Shown piece by piece: positions 52,301 to 64,000 of a stretch of 64,000 nucleotides of DNA (the stretch's first letter is position 1; each line of letters starts with the position of its first letter). A program made the position numbers and the translations under genes. The notes below the pieces were generated by a model. It worked only from the letters and a program-made list of their open reading frames with translations. It made no database searches and was not told where the DNA came from. This stretch comes from Squalus acanthias. Its lineage: Eukaryota. Location of the stretch: the NCBI GenBank assembly GCA_030390025.1, contig JASTWF010000034.1:5518001-5582000 (forward strand). The letters are read 5' to 3'.

Positions 52301-54576
52301 CACAACCCAGGCTGGGTCTACACCTGACTCCAGTCCCTCACTACCCGGTCTGGGCCTATACCTGAATCCAGTCCCTCAATAACTGGTCTGGTCCTACAGC
52401 TGACTTCAGTCTCTCACTGCACGGTCTGGGCCTACAACTGACTCCATTCCCTCTAAACCAGGTCTGGCCCTACACCTGACTCCGGTCCCTCACTTCCCGG
52501 TCTGGGCCTGCACCTGACTCCGGTCCCTCAATACCTGGTCTGGGCCCACACCTGACTCCGGTCCCTCACTACCTGGTCTTGTCCTACACCTGACTCCAGT
52601 CCCTCACTACCCGGTCTGGGTCTATACCTCAATCCAGCCCCTCACTATCCGTCTGAGCCGACACCTGAATCCAGTCCCTCAATACCCGGTTTGGATCTAC
52701 ACCTGACTCCAGTCCCTCTCGGCCCGTTCTGGTCCTACACCTATCTCCAGTCCCTCACTAACCGGTCTGGACCTACACCTGACTCCAATCCCTCACTACG
52801 CAGTCTTGGTATACACCTGACTCCATTCCCTCATTACCCGGTCTGGGCCTACACCTGACTCCAGTCCCTCACTACCCGGTCTGGTCCTACACCTGACTCC
52901 AGTCACTCACTACCCGGTCTGGGTCTACACCTGACTCCAGTCCCTCACTACCTGGTCTGGGCCCAAACCTGACTCCGGTCCCTCAATACCCGGTCTCGGC
53001 CTATACCTGACTCCAGTCCCTCACTACCGAGTCTGAGCCCACACCTGACTCCGGTCCCTCAATACCTGGTCTGGTCCTGCACCTGACTCCGGTCCCTCAT
53101 TACCCGGTCTGGGCCTACACCTGGCACCATTCCCTCAATACCCGGTCTGGGCCCATACCTGACTCCGGTCCCTCAGTACCCGGTCTGGGCCTACACCTGA
53201 CACCATTCCCTCAATACCCGGTCTTGGCCTACACCTGACTCCAGACCCTCACCACCCGGTCTTGGCCTACACCTGACTCCAGTCCCTCACTACCCGGTCT
53301 GGGTCTATACCTCACTCCAGACCCTCACTATCCGTCTGAGCCGACACCTGACTCCAGTCCCTCAATACCCGGTTTGGATCTGCACCTGACACCAGTCCCT
53401 CACTACCCGGTCTGGGCCGACATCTGATCCAGTCCCTCAATACCCGGTTTGGATTTTCACCTGACTCCAGTCCCTCACTAACCAGTCTGGGCCTACACCT
53501 GACTCCAATCCCTCACTACCCAGTCTGGCCCTACACCTGACTCCAGTCCCTCACCTCCTGATCTTGGCCTGCACCCGAATCCAGTCCCTCACTACCCGGT
53601 CTGGGTATGCACCTGAATCCTTCCCTCAATAGCTGGTCTTGGCCTACACCCGACTCCAGTCCCCCACTACCCGGTCTGGGCCCACACCTGACTCCAGTCC
53701 CTCATTACCCGGTCTGGGTCTACACCTGACTCCAATCCCTCACTACCAGGTCTGGGTCTACACCTGACTCCAGTCTATCACTATCCGGTCTGGGTCTGCA
53801 CCTGACTCCAGTCCCTCACTACCCGGTCTGGGTATACACCTGAATCCAGTTCCTCAATACCTGGTCTGGTCCTGCAGCTGACTTCAGTCCCTCACTGCAC
53901 GGTCTGGGCCTGCATCTGACTCCATTCCCTCTAAAGCAGGTCTGGCCCTACACCTGACTCCAGTCCCTCACTACCCAGTCTGGGCCTACACCTGACTCCA
54001 ATCCCTCACTACCCAGTCTGGGCCTACACCTGACTCCAGTCCCTCACTACCTGGTCTTGGCCTACACCCGATTCCAGTCCCTCACTACCCGGTCTGGGTA
54101 TGCACCTGATTCCTTCCCTTACTAGCCGGTCTTGGCCTACACCCGACTCCAGTCCCCCACTACCCGGTCTGGGCCCACACCTGACTCCAGTCCCTCATTA
54201 CTCGGTCTGGGTCTACACCTGACTCCAGTCCCTCTCTACCCCCTCTTAGCCTACACCTGACTCCGGTCCCTCACTACCTGGTCTGGGTCTACACCTGACT
54301 CCAGTCCCTCACTATCCGGTCTGGGTCTGCACCTGACTCCAGTCCCTCACTACCCGGTCTGGGTATACACCTGACTCCAGTCCCTCATTACCAGGTCTGG
54401 GCCGACACCTGACTCGAGTCCCTCACTACCCGGTCTCGGTCTACACCTGACTCCAGACCCTCACTACCCGGTCTGGGTCTACACATGACTCCAGTCCTTC
54501 ACTACCCAGGCTGGGTCTAAATCTGACACCACTCCCTCACTACCCGGTCAGGGCCGACATCTGACTCCATTCCCTC
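43388..54576. repeat. 38-bp satellite, segment 2, with internal 1099-bp and 2275-bp tandem duplications
   Basis: 38-bp period; ORF pairs 44342/45441 and 49623/51898 give the offsets. Confidence 0.96.
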
Positions 54577-54790
54577 TGACGTAATAAAGACTCACTACGC
54601 ACTTGAACATAAAGCAAGGCTTTAATCAACTTGTAACAAACATGGAGGTCTAGTTAGCAGTCACTAGCTTCCTGTTTCCAGATTGTCTCTGCCCAAGGTG
54701 GGCCCATGCCTGAGTATTTATACTCCCTGGACGGCGCCCCAGCTGGCCACCCAGTAGTACTTCCTGAGTTGTTTCTTGCGATTTATGACA
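54577..54790 (-). repeat. 3' LTR of copy B (214 bp)
   Basis: Direct repeat of 58871-59085, TG..CA ends. Confidence 0.96.
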
Positions 54791-54870
54791 TTCTTCCTCC
54801 CTAAAAGGTTTGGAAGTCCAGTCTTCCTTTAACGGACTAGGCGGACCAGAAATAGCCGCAGACGTTTAGG

Positions 54871-57800
54871 TCACTGCATGTGACTGGAAGGCACGTCTCC
54901 CCGGACCGTGTCCTGGTCCCTGGGTCGCTTGGCCCGTACCGGTAAGTCAGTAGAGTCCGCGTCATCTTGATCATCCTGCGGAGGACTGGGAATATCATGA
55001 CTCCGGGTGCGGGTCCCCACAGGTGCTGAGCTGGCCTCATCCCGGGTCGTGGCTGGAGATTGTCCGGCGTCCTGGTTTCGGGTGGCCATCCTACGGGGAG
55101 CGTCCAGCTCCCTGAGTTGATCCAGTAGCGTTGCCGGCAGATCCCCCGATGTCCCAGGCGGGGCGTCATTTTCATAGGGGTGCGGAGTGTTGATATCATT
55201 GTCGGGGGATCCTTCATCATTCGGGCCCGTGTGACCGGTTGGGCAGGGAGCCAGATCTCGGAGCGAGACGGTGGTCTCCCGGCCATCAGGGTACCGTACG
55301 TGCGCATACGTGGGGTTTACCTCCGTTAACTCCACCTCGTCAACGAGAGGGTCGTTTTTGGCAGACCGGACGAACCTCCGGAGTAGCACCGGGCCTGGAG
55401 CCACCAACCATGACGGTAGAGACGTCCCATGTGTAGAGCGACGTCGGAATTTGAAGAATCGCTCATGAGGCGTGACATTAGTAGATGTGGAGAGAAGAGA
55501 CCTGATAGAGTGTAACGCGTCGGGGAGCACCGTTTCCCACTGCTGGTCCGGAAGGTTGCGTGACCTTAGTGCCAGACGGACAGCGTTCCAGATGATGGCA
55601 TTGTATCGTTCAACCTGTCCGTTACCGATTGGGTGATATGGTGTCGTCTTACTTGAGGCGATTCCCCGTTGGGAGAGATAACTTTTAAGTTCACTCGACA
55701 TAAAGGAGGGACCCCGATCAGTGTGGATAAAATTGGCCGTCCCGCAAAGGGAAAAGACCTGATCGAGGCATTTAATTACCGTAGAGGTAAGCATATTAGG
55801 GCAGGGGAAGGCGAAGGGAAAGCGTGAATACTCGTCCACCATCGTAAGTAGGTAGGTGTTCCTTGTCGACGAAGGCAATGGCCCTTTAAAGTCTATGCTG
55901 AGCCTCTGCATAGGCTGCATTGCATGTATGAGTAAGCCATCTGATGGGCGAAAGAATTGTGGTTTCAATTCTGCACAAATCCTACAGGAGGAGCATGTTT
56001 TCTTTACGTCCTCGGTTGAAAATGGTAGATTTTTGGAGCGCACAAAGTGCAACATGCGGGTCACACCAGGATGGCATAAGTCCATATGCAAATCCGCCAG
56101 AGTCGACGTTGACATTGAGGAGCAAAATGCCTGTGTGAAGGTATCTGGGGCCACGTTCTGTTTGCCGGGTCGGTAACAGATAGTATATCCAAAGGCAGCC
56201 AGCTCCATCCTCCAGAGTTGAATTTTATTATTTTTGATTTTCGTGCGCCTCCGGTTATCCAACATGAAGGCCACAGAGCGCTGGTCAGTTATAAGCGTAA
56301 AATGACGCCGAGCAAGAAAATGACCCCATTGGCGTACAGCCTCGATGATGGCCGTAGCCTCCTTCTCGACGGGGGGGTAATGGAGCTCGCTACCCTGCAA
56401 GGTTCTGGATAGGAATGCCACGGGTCGGCCACCTTGATTCAAGGTAGCGGAGATCGCCACCTCCGATGCATCGCATTCGACCACAAAAGGAAGATTTTCG
56501 TCAATGGAGCGAAGCGTGGCTTTCTCCAGCTGTCGTTTGAGAAGGTTGAAGGCAGAAATAGCCGTAGCTTCCAATGGAAAAGACTTCGCATGGAGCAGGG
56601 GCTGTATTTTATCGGAGAAGTGTGGTATCCATTTTGCGTAATAAGCAAACATGCCAAGTGCCCGACGAAGAGAGCCGAGGTTCGTCGGGGGAGGGAGCTC
56701 CTGAAGTGGACGAAGTCGCTCTGGGTCCGGTTTAATAACACCGTTGCCCACCCAGTAGCCAAGAATGTTCACCGATGGCACCGACTTCACCGATTTGGAT
56801 TCGTTTAACGTTAAGTGGCGACGGCGGAGTACGTCAAAAAATCTCTGAAGATTGGCGTCATGCTCCTTTTGATCATGGCCGGCAATAGTGATATTGTCTA
56901 AATACGGAAAGGTATCCGTCAAGTTCTCTTGCCGGACTAGGCCATCCATGGCCCGTTGGAAGACGGCCACCCCAGTGGTGACCCCGAATGGAAGGCGGCG
57001 AAACTGGAAAAGCCGACCATTGGCCTCAAAGGCCGTATACTTCTTGTCGGAGTCTTGCAGTGGCACCTGATGGTACGCGCTTTTTAAATCGAAGGTCGAG
57101 AATACCTTGTATTTGGCAAGGTTGTTGACCATGTCATCTATGCATGGCAGCGGGTAGGCATCCAGATCGGTATATAGATTAATAGTCTGCGAATAATCGA
57201 TACACAGACGTTTTTTATGTTGTTTTAAGGGATTCCTCACGATGACGACCTGAGCCCGCCAGGGAGATGAACATGGCTCGATAATACCGTCGACTAAAAG
57301 GCGAGAGATTTCCGCCTCAATAAACGCTCGATCATCTTGGCTAAAGCGCCGCGATTTGGTGGCTATGGGTTTACAGCGGGGGGGAAGATTGGCAAACAGG
57401 GAGGGTTCACCGAGTAAGGCCGCCGAGAGTGCACAAAACGGCACCTTAGAAATGGTAAGCTCCGGCCTTGACGCTCCAAACTCAAAAGTGATCTTCTTGT
57501 GCTGCTTCTGGAAGTCCTCTCCCAGAAGCACATCGCTGCATAAGTTTGCGAGTACTCCGAGCCGGGTGGAGAGATACGTGCGGCCGTTGAGGATGAGGTT
57601 GACCAGACAGAAGCCAGAAGAATTGGTGGTCAGAGTCGTCAGAGCCATTGCAATCTCCCTGTCCGAGGGATAAATGTGCAGTTTTAACCTGTTGACAGCC
57701 CGCTTACTAATGAAGCTGTCAGAGCTGCAGGAGTCGATTAGCGCGCTTAGAGTGTGCCCATTTACTGAAATCTTCGTGGCTGCATGGGACAAACTTTGGG

Positions 57801-58770
57801 GAAAAACAGCCGTGATGGGAGGAGGGGCAATTTTCCCTTCGGCAACTGTAGCCTTAACAGTAGTTCTTGGGGGAGGAGCAGCTCCATAGATAGCAGCTGT
57901 GAAGCTAACAGGAGCTCTCGACCGGTATACTTTAGAGGAGCGGCCTTTCTTGTTAGCAAAGGCCCGTGACTGGCATACCTTGGAAAAGTGTCCTTTCTTG
58001 CTGCAATGATTGCAGGTCACATTAGGAGCCGGGCAAAATTTTCTGTGATGGCACGCCCCTCTACAAAAGAAACACTTTCTTCCTGATTGCCAGGATGCTG
58101 CTAGGGCGGGGTCATCATCAGCGAAGGCCTCTAGGGTAGGGTCGTCGTCTGTTAGAGTAGAGTCAACATCAGTGGGGGCATCCGCCCGAGACCAACCGAA
58201 AGACTCATTAAAGGAGATAGCCGCCGCCCGTGCACGTGGTGGGAGATAAGTGTCTGCATTTTTCTTGGCCAAGTCCAAGGAACACGCCTGGTCATAAGCA
58301 GCCCGTAAATTGAGGGTTTTATTTTCCAGCAGGCGCTGACGTATAAAAGGGGACGCGATTCCATTGATAAAGGAATCGCGGATTAGTTCTTCTTGATACT
58401 GTTCAGCTGAAACTGCTTTAAGGTTACAATCCTTGCTGAGCCTGCGAAGTTTCTGGAGAAATTCATCGAGTGATTCCCCAGGCTGCTGCCGAGTTGTGGC
58501 CAGTAGGTGTCGAGCAAAGATTTCATTTGGGGACTTGACATATAGCTGCTGTAAGATTTCGATAGCAGTGTCATAGTCTATGCAGTCCTCAATATAATCA
58601 TACACATGATGAGACACGTAGTTGATAAGCATTCGTAACTTATTAGGGACATCCGCCCCACATTCTTCAAGAAAGTTGCTAAAGGTACGAAACCAATGCT
58701 TCCATACCTTTGCTGCCGCAGGTGCATTCGGGTCCAGGTCGAGACGAGCGGGTCTAAGGAGTTTTTCCAT
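54871..58770 (-). CDS. gag-pol: Single Gag-Pol polyprotein, 1299 aa (Gag, two zinc knuckles, protease, RT, RNase H, integrase, low-complexity tail)
   Basis: Uninterrupted ORF with all domains in Ty3/Gypsy order; no env or chromodomain recognised. Confidence 0.96.
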   Translation of the reverse strand: MEKLLRPARLDLDPNAPAAAKVWKHWFRTFSNFLEECGADVPNKLRMLINYVSHHVYDYIEDCIDYDTAIEILQQLYVKSPNEIFARHLLATTRQQPGESLDEFLQKLRRLSKDCNLKAVSAEQYQEELIRDSFINGIASPFIRQRLLENKTLNLRAAYDQACSLDLAKKNADTYLPPRARAAAISFNESFGWSRADAPTDVDSTLTDDDPTLEAFADDDPALAASWQSGRKCFFCRGACHHRKFCPAPNVTCNHCSKKGHFSKVCQSRAFANKKGRSSKVYRSRAPVSFTAAIYGAAPPPRTTVKATVAEGKIAPPPITAVFPQSLSHAATKISVNGHTLSALIDSCSSDSFISKRAVNRLKLHIYPSDREIAMALTTLTTNSSGFCLVNLILNGRTYLSTRLGVLANLCSDVLLGEDFQKQHKKITFEFGASRPELTISKVPFCALSAALLGEPSLFANLPPRCKPIATKSRRFSQDDRAFIEAEISRLLVDGIIEPCSSPWRAQVVIVRNPLKQHKKRLCIDYSQTINLYTDLDAYPLPCIDDMVNNLAKYKVFSTFDLKSAYHQVPLQDSDKKYTAFEANGRLFQFRRLPFGVTTGVAVFQRAMDGLVRQENLTDTFPYLDNITIAGHDQKEHDANLQRFFDVLRRRHLTLNESKSVKSVPSVNILGYWVGNGVIKPDPERLRPLQELPPPTNLGSLRRALGMFAYYAKWIPHFSDKIQPLLHAKSFPLEATAISAFNLLKRQLEKATLRSIDENLPFVVECDASEVAISATLNQGGRPVAFLSRTLQGSELHYPPVEKEATAIIEAVRQWGHFLARRHFTLITDQRSVAFMLDNRRRTKIKNNKIQLWRMELAAFGYTICYRPGKQNVAPDTFTQAFCSSMSTSTLADLHMDLCHPGVTRMLHFVRSKNLPFSTEDVKKTCSSCRICAELKPQFFRPSDGLLIHAMQPMQRLSIDFKGPLPSSTRNTYLLTMVDEYSRFPFAFPCPNMLTSTVIKCLDQVFSLCGTANFIHTDRGPSFMSSELKSYLSQRGIASSKTTPYHPIGNGQVERYNAIIWNAVRLALRSRNLPDQQWETVLPDALHSIRSLLSTSTNVTPHERFFKFRRRSTHGTSLPSWLVAPGPVLLRRFVRSAKNDPLVDEVELTEVNPTYAHVRYPDGRETTVSLRDLAPCPTGHTGPNDEGSPDNDINTPHPYENDAPPGTSGDLPATLLDQLRELDAPRRMATRNQDAGQSPATTRDEASSAPVGTRTRSHDIPSPPQDDQDDADSTDLPVRAKRPRDQDTVRGDVPSSHMQ

Positions 58771-58870
58771 GATGGATCAGTTTCTTGCCCAAGTTCCCTT
58801 CTGTGGTTTGAGTTGCAGCTGGTTGTTCTGAATCACCCAAAGCGTGGAGACGATATCAAGTTGATTAAAT

Positions 58871-59085
58871 TGACGTAATAAAGACTCACTACGCACTTGA
58901 ACATAAAGCAAGGCTTTAATCAACTTGTAACAAAACATGGAGGTCCAGTTAGCAGTCACTAGCTTCCTGTTTCCAGATTGTCTCTGCCCAAGGTGGGCCC
59001 ATGCCTGAGTATTTATACTCCCTGGACGGCGCCCCAGCTGGCCACCCAGTAGTACTTCCTGAGTTGTTACTTGCGATTTATGACA
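58871..59085 (-). repeat. 5' LTR of copy B (215 bp)
   Basis: Differs from its 3' LTR by 1 indel and 2 substitutions (by eye). Confidence 0.96.
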
Positions 59086-62000
59086 CCCTCTATACCAGGT
59101 CTGGCCCGACACCTGACTCCAGTCCCTCACTACCCGGTTTGGATTTTCACCTGACTCCAGTCCCTCACTACCCAGTCTGGGTCTACAATGACTCCAATCC
59201 CTCACTACCCAGTCCCTCAATACCTGCTCTGGGCCCACACCAGACTCCAGTCCCTCAATACCTGGTCTGGTCCTACACCTGACTCCAGTCCCTCACTACC
59301 TGGTCTGGGTCTATACCTCACTCCAGACCCTCACTATCCGTCTGAGCCGACACCTGACTCCAGTCCCTCAATACCCGGTTTGGATCAACAGCTGACCCCA
59401 GTCCCTCACTACCCGGTCTGGGCCTACACCTGACACCAGTCCCTTATTACCCGGTCTGAGTCTACACCTGACTCCAGTTCCTCATTACCCGGTCTGAGTC
59501 TACACCTGACTCCAGTCCCTCACAACCCAGGCTGGGTCTACACCTGACTCCAGTCCCTCACTACCCGGTCTGGGCCTATACCTGAATCCAGTCCCTCAAT
59601 AACTGGTCTGGTCCTACAGCTGACTTCAGTCTCTCACTGCACGGTCTGGGCCTACATCTGACTCCATTCCCTCTAAACCAGGTCTGGCCCTACACCTGAC
59701 TCCGGTCCCTCACTTCCCGGTCTGGGCCTGCACCTGACTCCGGTCCCTCACTACCTGGTCTGGGTCTATACCTCAATCCAGCCCCTCACTATCCGTCTGA
59801 GCCGACACCTGAATCCAGTCCCTCAATACCCGGTTTGGATCTACACCTGACTCCAGTCCCTCACGGCCCGTTCTGGTCCTACACCTAACTCCAGTCCCTC
59901 ACTAACCGGTCTGGGCCTACACCTGACTCCAATCCCTCACTACGCAGTCTTGGTATACACCTGACTCCATTCCCTCACTACCCGGTCTGGGCCTACATCT
60001 GACTCCAGTCCCTCACTACCCGGTCTGGTTCTACACCTGACTCCAGTCCCTCACTACCCGGTCTGGGTCTACACCTGACTCCAGTCCCTCACTACCTGGT
60101 CTGGGTCTACACCTGACTCCAGACCCTCACTACCCGGTCTGGGCCCAAACCTGACTCCGGTCCCTCAATACCCGGTCTCGGCCTATACCTGACTCCAGTC
60201 CCTCACTACCGAGTCTGACCCCACACCTGACTCCGGTCCCTCAATACCTGGTCTGGTCCTGCACCTGAATCCGGTCCCTCATTACCCGGTCTGGGCCTAC
60301 ACCTGCCACCATTCCCTCAATACCCGGTCTGGGCCCAAACCTGACTCCGGTCCCTCAGTACCCGGTCTGGGCCTACACCTGACACCATTCCCTCAATACC
60401 CGGTCTTGGCTTACACCTGACTCCAGTCCCTCACCACCCGGTCTTGGCCTACACCTGACTCCAGTCCCTCACTACCCGGTCTGGGTCTATACCTCACTCC
60501 AGACCCTCACTATCCGTCTGAGCTGACACCTGACTCCAGTCACTCAATACCCGGTTTGGATCTGCACCTGACACCAGTCCCTCACTACCCGGTCTGGGCC
60601 GGCATCTGATCCAGTCCCTCAATACCCGGTTTGGATTTTCACCTGACTCCAGTCCCTCACTAACCAGTCTGGGCCTACACCTGACTCCAATCCCTCACTA
60701 CCCAGTCTGGGCCTACACCTGACTCCAGTCCCTCACCACCTGATCTTGGCCTGCACCCGAATCTAGTCCCTCACTACCCGGTCTGGGTATGCACCTGAAT
60801 CCTTCCCTCAATAGCCGGTCTTGGCCTACACCCGACTCTCGTCCCCCACTACCCGGTCTGGGCCCACACCTGACTCCAGTCCCTCATTACTCGGTCTGGG
60901 TCTACACCTGACTCCAGTCCCTCACTACCCCCTCTTAGCCTACACCTGACTCCGGTCCCTCACATCCTGGTCTGGGTCTACACCTGACTCCAGTCCCTCA
61001 CTACCCGGTCTGGGTATACACCTGACTCCAGTCCCTCATTACCAGGTCTGGGCCGACACCTGACTCGAGTCCCTCACTACCCGGTCTCGGTCTACACCTG
61101 ACTCCAGTCCCTCACTACCCGGTCTGGGTATACACATGACTCCAGTCCTTCACTACCCAGGCTGGGTCTACATCTGACTCCACTCCCTCACTACCCGGTC
61201 TGGGCCACATCTGACTCCACTCCCTCACTACCCGGTCAGGGCCGACATCTGACTCCATTCCCTCTGTACCAGGTCTGGCCCTACACCTGACTCCAGTCCC
61301 TCACTACCTGGTCTGGGTATACACCTGACTCCAGTCCCTCACTACCCGGTCTGGGCCTGCACCTGACTCCGTTCCCTCAATACATGGTCTGGGTATACAC
61401 CAGACTCCGGTCCCTCAATACCTGGTCTGGTCCTACAGCTGACTCCAGTCCCTCACTGCACGGTCTGGGCCTACATCTGACTCCATTCCCTCTAAACCAG
61501 GTCTGGCCCTACACCTGACTCCAGTCCCTCACTACCCGGTCTGGGTATACACCTGACTCCAGTCCCTCATTACCAGGTCTGGGCCGACACCTGACTCCTG
61601 TCCCTCATTACCAGGTCTGGGTCTACACCTGACACCATTCCCTCAATACCCGGTCTTGGCCTACACCTGACTCCAGTCCCTCACTACACGGTGTGGGCCT
61701 ACACCTGACTCCAGTCCCTCACTATCCATCTGAGCCGACACCTGACTCCAGCCCCTCAATACCCGGTTTGGATCTGCACCTGACACCAGTCCCTCACTAC
61801 CCGGTCTGGGCCGGCATCTGATCCAGTCCCTCAATACCTGGTTTGGATTTTCACCTGACTCCAGTCCCTCACTAACCAGTCTGGGCCTACACCTGACTCC
61901 AATCCCTCACTACCCAGTCTGGGCCTACACCTGACTCCAGTCCCTCACCACCTGATCTTGGCCTGCACCCGAATCCAGTCCCTCACTACCCGGTCTGGGT

Positions 62001-64000
62001 ATGCACCTGAATCCTTCCCTCAATAGCCGGTCTTGGCCGACACCCGACTCCAGTCCCCCACTACCCGGTCTGGGCCCACACCTGACTCCAGTCCCTCATT
62101 ACCCGGTCTGGGTCTACACCTGACTCCAATCCATCACTACCTGGTCTGGGTCTACACCTGACTCCAGTCTCTCACTATCCGGTCTGGGTCTGCACCTGAC
62201 TCCAGTCCCTCACTACCCGGTCTGGGTATACACCTGAATCCAGTTCCTCAATACCTGGTCTGGTCCAGCAGCTGACTTCAGTCCCACACTGCACGGTCTG
62301 GGCCTACATCTGACTCCATTCCCTCTAACCAGGTCTGGCCCTACACCTGACTCCAGTCCCTCACTACCCAGTCTGGGCCTACACCTGACTCCAATCCCTC
62401 ACTACCCAGTCTGGGCCTTCACCTGACTCCAGTCCCTCACTACCTGGTCTTGGCCTACACCCGAATCCAGTCCCTCACTACCCGGTCTGGGTATGCACCT
62501 GATTCCTTCCCTTACTAGCCGGTCTTGGCCTACACCCGACTCCAGTCCCTCACTACCCGGTCTGGGCCCACACCTGACTCCAGTCCCTCATTACTCGGTC
62601 TGGGTCTACACCTGACTCCAGTCCCTCACTACCCCCTCTTAGCCTGCACCTGACTCCGGTCCCTCACTACCTGGTCTGGGTCTACACCTGACTCCAGTCC
62701 CTCACTATCCGGTCTGGGTATACACCTGACTCCAGTCCCTCATTACCAGGTCATGGCCGACACCTGACTCGAGTCCCTCACTACCCGGTCTCGGTCTACA
62801 CCTGACTCCAGTCCCTCACTACCCGGTCTGGGTCTACACATGACTCCAGTCCTTCACTACCCAGGCTGGGTCTACATCTGACTCCACTCCCTCACTACCC
62901 GGTCTGGGCCACATCTGACTCCACTCCCTCACTACCCGGTCAGGGGCGACATCTGACTCCATTCCCTCTATACCAGGTCTGGCCCTACACCTGACTCCAG
63001 TCCCTCACTACCTGGTCTGGGTATACACCTGACTCCAGTCCCTCACTACCCGGTCTGGGCCTACACCTGACTCCGGTCCCTCAATACACGGTGTGGGCCT
63101 ACACCTGACTCCAGTCCCTCACTATCCGTCTGATCCGAAACCTGACTCCAGTCCCTCAATACCCGGTTTGGATCTGCACCTGACACCAGTCCCTCACTAC
63201 CCGGTCTGGGCCGGCATCTGATCCAGTCCCTCAATACCCGGTTTGGATTTTCACCTGACTCCAGTCCCTCACTAACCAGTCTGTGCCTACACCTGACTCC
63301 AATCCCTCACTACCCAGTCTGGGCCTGCACCTGAATCCTTCCCTCAATAGCTGGTCTTGGCCTACACCCGACTCCAGTCCCCCACTACCCGGTCTGGGCC
63401 CACACCTGACTCCAGTCCCTCATTACCCGGTCTGGGTCTACACCTGACTCCAATCCCTCACTACCTGGTCTGGGTCTACACCTGACTCCAGTCTATCACT
63501 ATCCGGTCTGGGTCTGCACCTGACTCCAGTCCCTCACTACCCGGTCTGGGTATACACCTGAATCCAGTTCCTCAATACCTGGTCTGGTCCTGCAGCTGAC
63601 TTCAGTCCCTCACTGCACGGTCTGGGCCTACATCTGACTCCATTACCTCTAAACCAGGTCTGGCCCTACACCTGACTCCAGTCCCTCACTACCTGGTCTG
63701 GGTATACACCTGACTCCAGTCCCTCACTACCCGGTCTGGGCTTGCACCTGACTCCGGTCCCTCAATACATGGTCTGGGTATACACCTGACTCCAGTCCCT
63801 CAATACCCGGTTTGGATCTACACCTGACTCCAGTCCCTCACCGCCCGTTCTGGTCCTACACCTAACTCCAGTCCCTCACTAACTGGTCTGGGCCTATACC
63901 TGATTCCAATCCCTCACTACGCAGTCTTGGTATACACCTGACTCCATTCCCTCACTACCCGGTCTGGGCCTACACCTGACTCCAGTCCCTCATTACCCGG
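59086..64000. repeat. 38-bp satellite, segment 3, runs off the right edge
   Basis: 38-bp period; variant series match earlier segments. Confidence 0.97.

Larger units (their letters stand above)
54577..59085 (-). mobile_element. Full-length Ty3/Gypsy LTR retrotransposon, copy B (4509 bp), TSD CCCTC, intact ORF
   Basis: Colinear with copy A at constant offset 15698; TSD 54572-54576 and 59086-59090. Confidence 0.97.

Noticed and set aside
38879..59085. Sequence-specific integration as the reason for two identical sites
   Set aside because: Shared 5'/3' LTR differences and shared rare flank variants favour segmental duplication
58777..59238. 153-aa ORF across satellite, LTR and leader
   Set aside because: Chimeric across an insertion junction and not preserved in copy A

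Overview
Eukaryotic, repeat-dominated window, probably from a cartilaginous fish (inferred only from a short repeat at 6394-6521 that I recall as a shark/ray repeat). Layout: (1) 1-18113, a 46-bp GT-rich satellite with higher-order duplications and one 128-bp retroposed insert carrying a minimal hammerhead-ribozyme-like core; (2) ~18170-28046, four diverged tandem copies of a non-satellite unit, separated by a 41-bp minisatellite, each with a minus-strand spliced small-gene model the ORF track misses (one intact, three damaged; ISRE/AP-1 motifs upstream); (3) 28043-64000, a 38-bp satellite holding two copies of one compact 4.5-kb Ty3/Gypsy LTR retrotransposon (minus strand, TSD CCCTC), duplicated with its flanks. 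The element has no TGG/tRNA primer-binding site. Instead a 13-nt sequence 1 nt inside the 5' LTR boundary is perfectly complementary to the LTR segment ending in the ATTAAA signal, in priming polarity, which suggests self-priming. Its RT motif is YLDN and its protease motif DSC. Most short ORFs in the track are repeat or overlap artefacts.
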